Source of the DNA: an uncultured archaeon
GTDB lineage: Archaea; Aenigmatarchaeota; Aenigmatarchaeia; PWEA01; JAGHBM01
Length of the DNA stretch: 32,152 nt
Direction of reading: 5' to 3'
Assembly: GCA_964476295.1 (NCBI GenBank)
Contig: CAYYYO010000001.1
Span: 7,482 to 39,633 of the forward strand
The position numbers and the translations under genes were made by a program. Of this stretch, positions 25,756 through 32,152 are shown one piece after another; within the stretch, counting starts at the first letter, position 1; the number at the start of each line of letters is the position of its first letter. Below the pieces are notes generated by a model. It searched no databases. It saw only the letters and a list, made by a program, of their open reading frames with translations, and was not told where the DNA came from.

Positions 25756-26893
25756 CTTTGTATTTACTTCTGAGTCCATGACAGAAGGTCATCCAGATAA
25801 AGTATGCGACCAGATATCGGATACCATTCTTGATGCAATATTGAAGGACGACCAGAATGCCCGGGTAGCCTGCGAAACAATGGCAGGTATGGGATTTGTC
25901 ATAGTCACCGGTGAAATAACAACATCTGCACATATAGATGTCCCAAAAATAGTAAGGTCTGTAATAAAAGATGTTGGTTATGACAAACCTGAATATGGAT
26001 TCGACTACAAGACTGTAGGAGTTCTGACAAGCATACATGAACAATCACCGGACATCGCGATGGGCGTTAACAAGCAAGAGCTGGGTGCTGGAGACCAGGG
26101 AATGATGAGCGGTTATGCAACAAATGAAACTCCTGAACTGATGCCACTACCTATACTTCTTGCCCACAAACTTGCCAAAAAGCTTGCTATTGTTAGAAAG
26201 AATAAAATTATCCCTTACTTGAGACCCGATGGAAAAACACAGGTAAGCGTAAAATATGAAAACGGGAAACCCAAATGCCTGACCTCAGTTGTTGTGGCAG
26301 CACAACACAACCCAGATGTGAAGATAGAAAAACTTAGAGAAGATATAAGAGAAAAAGTGATAAAACCTGTTTGCAAAGAATGGATAAGCGAAGAAACTCA
26401 ATATTATATAAACAACACAGGCAGGTTCGTTGTTGGCGGTCCAGTTGCTGACGCAGGAATGACAGGAAGAAAAATAATTGCCGACACATATGGAGGTGTT
26501 GGCGGACATGGAGGAGGCGCTTTTTCTGGAAAAGATCCGACAAAGGTTGACAAATCTGCAGCATACATGGCCCGCCACATAGCAAAGAATCTTGTTGCTG
26601 CTGGTGTCTGTGATAAGTGCGAGGTCCAACTATCATATGTTATCGGCGGAACAGAACCGTTGTCCCTTATGATTGATACTTTTGGCACGGAAAAAATTCC
26701 AAACAAAAAAATACTTGAACTCGTGAGAAAACATTTTGACCTCACTCCAGGAGGAATAATAAAACAATTGGATCTGATAAGGCCAATTTACAGAAAAACT
26801 TCCTGTTATGGGCACTTCGGTCGCGAAGAACCAGAGTTCACTTGGGAAAAAACTGACCTTGCCCCGATTATCAGAAAAGAAGCTGGGTTATGA
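25742..26893 (+). CDS. metK: S-adenosylmethionine synthetase, bacterial/eukaryotic class (MetK type)
   Basis: [20 protein letters not shown] (E. coli MetK has [21 protein letters not shown]), [12 protein letters not shown] and [19 protein letters not shown] are present. I prefer ATG 25742, which has GAGGTG 7 nt upstream. It overlaps the nth 3' end by 14 nt. Confidence 0.95.
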   Translation: MRRGDFVFTSESMTEGHPDKVCDQISDTILDAILKDDQNARVACETMAGMGFVIVTGEITTSAHIDVPKIVRSVIKDVGYDKPEYGFDYKTVGVLTSIHEQSPDIAMGVNKQELGAGDQGMMSGYATNETPELMPLPILLAHKLAKKLAIVRKNKIIPYLRPDGKTQVSVKYENGKPKCLTSVVVAAQHNPDVKIEKLREDIREKVIKPVCKEWISEETQYYINNTGRFVVGGPVADAGMTGRKIIADTYGGVGGHGGGAFSGKDPTKVDKSAAYMARHIAKNLVAAGVCDKCEVQLSYVIGGTEPLSLMIDTFGTEKIPNKKILELVRKHFDLTPGGIIKQLDLIRPIYRKTSCYGHFGREEPEFTWEKTDLAPIIRKEAGL

Positions 26894-26894
26894 A

Positions 26895-27122
26895 ATGAAG
26901 CACAGTCTGAAGATAGGGCTCTTCATCGGAGTTAGCATTGCCTCCATCTCTGCTCTGATTCTTCAGTTTGTCCCAGTAAACTATTGGACTCTGGTTACCA
27001 TCCTTTATCTCTATTCAATAGTTGGTGCCCTCACATCATACTTTGTTCACAATAACCTGAGAAAAAGATTCAAACAAAAAATAGAAAAGAAGTTTGATGA
27101 AATTATTGTAAGATTTGACTAA
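26895..27122 (+). CDS. Hypothetical small membrane protein (75 aa, two predicted TM helices)
   Basis: The product is MKHSLKIGLFIGVSIASISALILQFVPVNYWTLVTILYLYSIVGALTSYFV followed by a basic tail. The ATG lies 1 nt after the metK stop. The longer track ORF from 26808 lies inside metK and is rejected. Confidence 0.5.
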   Translation: MKHSLKIGLFIGVSIASISALILQFVPVNYWTLVTILYLYSIVGALTSYFVHNNLRKRFKQKIEKKFDEIIVRFD

Positions 27123-28027
27123 CCATTAGAATATCCTGGCGTTGAATTAACTTCCTGAAATTCTCCTGTACCATCAGGAACCCTTGCCCATGATTTCCCT
27201 TCACTGCTGTCCTCATATTCAAAACTATCAACAAGTTTTCCGCTGTTGTCATAAAGTTTTATATCATCTCCATTGTTGTTCAAAGCTATTCCTGTTTCAT
27301 TTCTCCACAATACTAGAAACTCTTCTGGTTCTATATTTCCTGAAAGCGTGTAATTTGTTCCACCGTCTTCCAGATACCATTCAGTTAAGTCCACCTCCGA
27401 TTCCTCGTAACTGTATAATTCAATGAATTCTCCTTCAGCATCATCACCTTCCGGATTTGGCAGAACTTCGTTTATAACTACATGAATCACTTTCTCTGTT
27501 CCTGGCAGTTCCATGTAATCTTTCTTTATTTTTTCCATTCTCTGAATCTCTTCCTCCAGGAGTTCCTTTGCTTCGTCATATTTATCCACGTTACCCCTTA
27601 CTGTTTCTTTTGTGTTACCCATTTCTTTTGTCGCTTCCCGGTACCCATCGGGGCTTGTATATTTTTCTGTAACCTTTGTTCCTGTTTTGTTCACAACAAG
27701 ATTGTAATCCTGTGCAAATAGTTCCCATGCTGTGAAGTCCGGCGTCTGCTGGACAATTACTTTTCTGTCTGGCCTGACAAGCTCCTGATAAACTCCATCA
27801 GGATTAATCTTTATGGTAAACTTTCCAAAAGGCGTCTGATAAGTTTGCTCGAATTTTTCATTTGTCAAAGAGCGTGAAAGTTCTCCTGGAATGTCAGTAG
27901 AACTCATGTTAAGAACTATGTCCCCAATCGGGCCGTAATCATTAGAAATTGTAGAGGCAACAAAGGGCACAGAAGCCAAACCAGCAATAATTGATGCCAC
28001 GATTGCTATATCACTCAGATTCATCAA
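27119..28027 (-). CDS. Membrane-anchored or secreted protein with a C-terminal lamin tail domain (LTD)
   Basis: The N-terminal hydrophobic anchor is IAIVASIIAGLASVPFVA. The C-terminal INEVLPNPEGDDAEGEFIELYSYEESEVDLTEWYL...NNNGDDIKLYDNSGKLVDSFEY...SWARVPDG matches the LTD signature (I.E....P.G.D...E.IEL.N....V.L.GW.L......L.D..G..VD...Y). Confidence 0.8.
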   Translation of the reverse strand: MMNLSDIAIVASIIAGLASVPFVASTISNDYGPIGDIVLNMSSTDIPGELSRSLTNEKFEQTYQTPFGKFTIKINPDGVYQELVRPDRKVIVQQTPDFTAWELFAQDYNLVVNKTGTKVTEKYTSPDGYREATKEMGNTKETVRGNVDKYDEAKELLEEEIQRMEKIKKDYMELPGTEKVIHVVINEVLPNPEGDDAEGEFIELYSYEESEVDLTEWYLEDGGTNYTLSGNIEPEEFLVLWRNETGIALNNNGDDIKLYDNSGKLVDSFEYEDSSEGKSWARVPDGTGEFQEVNSTPGYSNG

Positions 28028-28107
28028 ATCCTCTCATTGTTCATTTTAATAAATTTTAAAGAAGTCCATTTATAAAGTTTTTAATTTATAAATCACAAAA
28101 TCTTCTC

Positions 28108-29442
28108 ATGCTTGGTAAGTTCTTTAATCCCAAATCAATCTGTGTCATCGGCGCATCCAGAAAGCCGGATAAGATAGGGCATATTATACTCAAAAACCTG
28201 ACAGAAACATTTAAGGGAGAAATTTATCCAGTTAATCCGCACGCTAAAAAGATATTAGGACTAAAATGCTATCATTCTGTTTCTGAAATAAAAGGCCGTA
28301 TAGACCTTTGCGTTATTGCATTGCCTGCAAAACTTGTTCCTTCTGTGCTGGAAGAATGTGGAAAAGCCAGGATAAAAAATTGCATAATTGTTTCTTCAGG
28401 ATTCAAAGAGATAGGAAACTCTGATTTAGAAAAAAAAGTAAAAAACATTTCAGAAGTCTATGGCATGAAGATAATGGGACCCAACTGTCTTGGGGTATAT
28501 GACCCTTATTCTGGAGTTGATACGATATTCAATCCCAAGTATAAATCAGGCAGACCACAAAAGGGAAACATAGGGTTCATATCCCAGTCAGGAGCTGTTC
28601 TGTGCATAAGCCTTGACTGGATGTCAATGCGCAGTTACAGAATCTCGAAAGCCATATCATATGGAAATGCTGCAGATGTTGATGTGCCGGAACTAATGAA
28701 ATATCTTGACAAAGATGAAAAAACTAAAGTAATTTGTCTTTACTTAGAGGGTTTGAAGGACGGGAAAAAGTTTTTTGAAACCGCGAAAAAAATTTCCAAG
28801 CCCGTGATAGTCCTCAAAGGCGGCAAAACGAAGAGCGGAACAAAATCTGCCAAAACACATACAGGTGCAATGGCAGGAAATGCAAAGATTTACTCTGGGG
28901 TTTTCCGCCAGACAGGAATAATAGAAGCTTATGATTTGGAACATATGTTTGATATGGCCCGTGCCCTTTCCGCTCAGCCGCTTCCAAAGGGAAAGAGAGT
29001 TAGAGTAATCACTGATGCGGGGGGATTCGGAGTTCTGACATCTGACTGGATTGAAAAAATGGGATTGAAAATGGCAGAAGTAAATGAAAAAAGCAAAAGA
29101 AAACTCAGCAAACTCCTCCCAAAGCATGCTGTTATTGGCGAGTTGATAGACCTTACAGGTGACGCGACATCAGAAATGTATGAAACATGCTATCGTGATG
29201 CCATTCATGACAAAAATGTTGATATGATTGCACTGATACTTCTGTTCCAGCCACCGATGGTAAAGGAAGATGTTGTAAATAAAATAATAAAACTCTCCGG
29301 AAAGAAAACCACGGCAGTAATCTCTGCAGGAGGAGAATACACAGAAAAACTAAAGAAAAAACTTGAAGAGGCAGGACTGCCCTGCTTCTCCTCTCCAAAG
29401 AGATGCGTTGAGGTTCTGGCTACTCTTTATTACCGAAAATAA
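28108..29442 (+). CDS. acdA: Acetyl-CoA synthetase (ADP-forming), alpha subunit (CoA-binding plus CoA-ligase domains)
   Basis: It is collinear with Pyrococcus ACD alpha as I recall it: FFNPKSICVIGASRKPDKIGH, IMGPNCLGV, GFISQSGAV, and the catalytic His loop KTHTGAMAG (compare SHTGSLAG). PLPKGKRVRVITDAGGFGVL follows. No ATP-grasp beta subunit is adjacent. Confidence 0.88.
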   Translation: MLGKFFNPKSICVIGASRKPDKIGHIILKNLTETFKGEIYPVNPHAKKILGLKCYHSVSEIKGRIDLCVIALPAKLVPSVLEECGKARIKNCIIVSSGFKEIGNSDLEKKVKNISEVYGMKIMGPNCLGVYDPYSGVDTIFNPKYKSGRPQKGNIGFISQSGAVLCISLDWMSMRSYRISKAISYGNAADVDVPELMKYLDKDEKTKVICLYLEGLKDGKKFFETAKKISKPVIVLKGGKTKSGTKSAKTHTGAMAGNAKIYSGVFRQTGIIEAYDLEHMFDMARALSAQPLPKGKRVRVITDAGGFGVLTSDWIEKMGLKMAEVNEKSKRKLSKLLPKHAVIGELIDLTGDATSEMYETCYRDAIHDKNVDMIALILLFQPPMVKEDVVNKIIKLSGKKTTAVISAGGEYTEKLKKKLEEAGLPCFSSPKRCVEVLATLYYRK

Positions 29443-31354
29443 CCTTCTTTACCTTTTCAACTGATTCCGGATTTCTAAGGGTTGTTATGTTTCCAAGCTC
29501 TTTTCCTCTCAGCAGATTTTTCAGGATTCTTCTCATGATTTTTCCAGAGCGGGTCTTTGGCACATCCTCCACAAAGTAAATTTCTGCCGGCCTTGCGATT
29601 GGTCCTATATGTTCATCTACTTCCTTCTTTATTTCTTTTTTCAGTTCTTCTGACGGCTCCCTGTTACCTAAGATTACAAAGGCCACCGGAACTTCTCCCT
29701 TTACTTCATCCGGCTTTGAAACAACAGCACATTCCACAACATCAGGGTGCCTTGTTATAGCATCTTCCATCTCTGCAGTAGATAGCCGGTGGCCAGCCAC
29801 CTTCATAACATCATCCGCCCTTCCATGAATCTTTATATTTCCTCCTTCAAGCTCCACTGCCTCGTCTGATGTATAATAAATCTCAGGCCCATATTTGCTC
29901 CAGTAAGTTTCTTTATATTTTTCTGGATTGTTGTAAACTCCCCTTAACATTCCAGGGGCAAACGGCCCGAGCTGGACAAGATATCCTTCTCTTTCCACAA
30001 CTTTGTTTCCATCTTCATCCCATACTTCCATTCTTACTCCTGGAAACGGCCTGCCTGCAACTGTTGGAATGAAAGGTCCTATCCCAGGGAGGGCAGTTAT
30101 GAGAATTCCTCCTGTCTCTGTCTGCCACCATGTGTCAAGAATAGGGCATCTTCCTTTACCAATTTTTTCAAAGTACCAGCCCCATGCCTCCTTTCCTATT
30201 GGCTCTCCCACGCTTCCAAGCAATCTCAGGGAACCAAGGTCATATTTTTCTATCCATTCGTCTCCAGCACGTTTAAACATCCTTACCGCAGTCGGGGATG
30301 TGTAAAAAACTGTAACCTTGTGCTTGTCTATTATTTTCCACCATACTCCATAATCAGGATAATCTGGAGAGCCCTCATAAGTCAGCATAGTATCTCCGTT
30401 AAGCAACGGTCCGTAGCATGCATAGGTGTGCCCCGTTACCCATCCTATATCCGCGGTGCACCAGAATATGTCATCATCGTGCAAGTCAAAAATCCATTTT
30501 GTAGTCAGGTATGCCTGAACCATATACCCCCCGGTGTCATGAATAACGCCTTTCGGTTTTCCGGTAGTTCCGGAAGTATAAAGGATAAACAAGGTTTCAT
30601 TGCTTTCCATTTTTTCAGGTTCGCATACAGGCTCTTCTTCCTTTACAATCTCATCGTAGTACAGGTCTCTTCCTTCCACCATATTTACATCTGAGTTCAA
30701 CCTTCTGACAACAATAACCTTTTCAACCCCTGTTCCCTCCACTCCTTCATCTGCCTTTTCCTTCAGGTTTATTGTTTTTCCTCTCCTGTAATATCCATCA
30801 CAAGTTATCAAGAGTTTTGCCCCGGAGTCCAGAAGTCTGTCTTTAAGTGACTCAGCAGAGAATGCAGAAAAAACCACTGTGTGAATCGCTCCAATCCTTG
30901 CACAAGCAAGCATTGCTATCTGAACCTCTGGAATCATTGGAAGGTATATTCCAACCCTATCTCCCTTCTTTACGCCAAGTTTTTTCAAGGCATTTGAGAA
31001 CTTGCAAACTTCCTCGTAAAGTTCTCTATATGTTATTATTCTTTCCTTCTCTTCAGGCGGCTCTGGTACCCATATCAAAGCTGGTTTATCTCCTCTACTA
31101 TCAAGGTGCCTGTCCAGACAGTTGTAAGAAATGTTCGTTTTTCCCCCTATAAACCACCTGAAGTTCATTGGCTCTTCTTCGTATGCTTTTGACCACGATT
31201 CAAACCAGAAAAGCTCCTTTGCCTTGCTCTCCCAGAAAGAAACAGGGTCTTTTTCTGCCTCTTCATAAATATTAGGATCAGAAACGTTAGCTTTGTTTTT
31301 CATTTCTTCGGTTGGCCAATATTTATCCCCATCTTTTACTACCCACTGAACCAT
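29420..31354 (-). CDS. acs: Acetyl-CoA synthetase (AMP-forming)
   Basis: The AMP-binding motif YTSGTTGKPKGV, WWQTETGG, and the C-terminal TRSGKIMRR with the catalytic Lys are present. At 644 aa it is a typical Acs length. Confidence 0.95.
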   Translation of the reverse strand: MVQWVVKDGDKYWPTEEMKNKANVSDPNIYEEAEKDPVSFWESKAKELFWFESWSKAYEEEPMNFRWFIGGKTNISYNCLDRHLDSRGDKPALIWVPEPPEEKERIITYRELYEEVCKFSNALKKLGVKKGDRVGIYLPMIPEVQIAMLACARIGAIHTVVFSAFSAESLKDRLLDSGAKLLITCDGYYRRGKTINLKEKADEGVEGTGVEKVIVVRRLNSDVNMVEGRDLYYDEIVKEEEPVCEPEKMESNETLFILYTSGTTGKPKGVIHDTGGYMVQAYLTTKWIFDLHDDDIFWCTADIGWVTGHTYACYGPLLNGDTMLTYEGSPDYPDYGVWWKIIDKHKVTVFYTSPTAVRMFKRAGDEWIEKYDLGSLRLLGSVGEPIGKEAWGWYFEKIGKGRCPILDTWWQTETGGILITALPGIGPFIPTVAGRPFPGVRMEVWDEDGNKVVEREGYLVQLGPFAPGMLRGVYNNPEKYKETYWSKYGPEIYYTSDEAVELEGGNIKIHGRADDVMKVAGHRLSTAEMEDAITRHPDVVECAVVSKPDEVKGEVPVAFVILGNREPSEELKKEIKKEVDEHIGPIARPAEIYFVEDVPKTRSGKIMRRILKNLLRGKELGNITTLRNPESVEKVKKVIFGNKE

Positions 31355-31377
31355 AACACCACCTCTTAATTATAAGA

Positions 31378-32152
31378 TTATAGTAGAAGAGGTATAAAAA
31401 CTATTGAGACAATTGACATCAGTTTCAAAAGTATGTTCAAGGAAGGGCCGCAGGTGTCTTTGAAAGGGTCTCCAACAGTGTCTCCAACTATGGTTGCCTT
31501 GTGAACATCCGAACCTTCGCCGCCAAGGTTCCCCTTTTCCACATACTTTTTTGCATTATCCCATGCTCCCCCGGAGTTTGCAAGGGTTATTGCAAGCAAA
31601 AGACCTGTGGCTATAGACCCAGCAAGGAATCCTCCAAGTGCTTCAACCCCAAGCGTAAATCCAACAAGAAGAGGAGAAATTATTGCAAGCACGCCAGGAA
31701 GTATCATTTCTCTTACAGCAGCATTGCTGCTTATCTTTATGCAACTTTCATAGTCCGGTTTCTTTTTTCCCTTCAGTATGCGTCTGTCTTTAAACTGTCT
31801 TCTGACTTCATCAACTATCTTTGATGCAGTTTTGCCAACAGACCTCATCGTTATGGATGTGAATATGAATGGTATCAGAGCTCCTATGAAGAGTGCCACC
31901 ACAACCTGCGGCGAAATTAAACTTATTGCATTCAGATGAGTAACCTGAATGTAAGAAGAGAACAAAGTTATGGATGCAAGTGCCGCAGAACCTATTGCGA
32001 AACCCTTGCCTATCGCAGCCGTTGTGTTGCCAACTGCATCCAGCTCCTCGCATCTCTTTGATGCAACCTTGCCGAGACCGGCCATCTTTGCTATTCCCTC
32101 TGCATTATCAACTGTCGGGCCATAAGAGTCTATGGAGAGAGTGGTGCCAAGA
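31378..32152 (-). CDS. hppA: Membrane-bound pyrophosphate-energised cation pump (V-type PPase). Only the C-terminal ~258 codons are present; the 5' end lies beyond the right window edge.
   Basis: The frame is open from the window edge: ...[28 protein letters not shown]... It then contains [28 protein letters not shown] and [20 protein letters not shown]. The track ORF 31378..32085 is the in-window Met-initiated part. Confidence 0.95.
   Translation of the reverse strand, partial: LGTTLSIDSYGPTVDNAEGIAKMAGLGKVASKRCEELDAVGNTTAAIGKGFAIGSAALASITLFSSYIQVTHLNAISLISPQVVVALFIGALIPFIFTSITMRSVGKTASKIVDEVRRQFKDRRILKGKKKPDYESCIKISSNAAVREMILPGVLAIISPLLVGFTLGVEALGGFLAGSIATGLLLAITLANSGGAWDNAKKYVEKGNLGGEGSDVHKATIVGDTVGDPFKDTCGPSLNILLKLMSIVSIVFIPLLL

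Noticed and set aside
1-32152. Searched by eye for CRISPR arrays, rRNA/tRNA genes, IS elements, integrases, toxin-antitoxin pairs and long dispersed repeats
   Set aside because: No regularly spaced repeats were found, and no GC-rich structured RNA-like intergenic segments. All spacers are at most 274 nt and AT-rich. No transposase or integrase-like ORFs were found. The only repeats seen are the 21-nt map duplication and short palindromes. A computational repeat, tRNAscan and Rfam scan would be needed to exclude cryptic elements.

Overview
This window is a compact, moderately AT-rich archaeal chromosomal segment. The archaeal origin is supported by an archaeal-type TyrRS, family-B DNA polymerase, RadB, Cdc48, type-2 MetAP, ADP-forming acetyl-CoA synthetase alpha and DUF763. 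By hand tally only about 1.5 kb of 32.2 kb lies outside my CDS calls. Many neighbouring genes overlap by 4-23 nt, including three convergent pairs whose stop codons overlap. I call 27 protein genes plus one candidate small ORF. In window order they are: a partial beta-CASP/MBL nuclease, tyrS, serS, an MgtE-like permease with a PhoU/TrkA-C regulator, a type IA topoisomerase, radB, a small tail-anchored protein, uppP, an AT-rich orphan gene, a 123-aa protein coupled to cdc48, map, DUF763, polB, ppsA, a phosphohexomutase with a GalT-like HIT transferase, an Lhr-type helicase, dCMP deaminase, nth, a bacterial-type metK, a small membrane protein, a lamin-tail-domain surface protein, acdA (alpha only), acs, and a partial membrane pyrophosphatase. 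I saw no rRNA, tRNA, CRISPR array, IS element, integrase or intein. The content is mostly housekeeping, and I did not find a clear-cut novel multi-gene system. The candidates most worth follow-up are: (1) the compositionally deviant orphan segment at 8253-9661, comprising a 346-aa orphan, a boundary hairpin and a 274-nt non-coding tail; (2) the 123-aa ferredoxin-like protein translationally coupled to Cdc48; (3) a 53-codon four-Cys ORF hidden in the oversized topA/radB convergent gap; (4) a degenerate tandem duplication of the map start region that creates a 17-codon uORF; (5) the DUF763 helix-hairpin-helix protein downstream of polB; (6) a bacterial-class MetK in an archaeal context; and (7) the acdA / acs / hppA acetate-pyrophosphate cluster. 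All family assignments come from motif recognition by eye. None has been checked by a database search.
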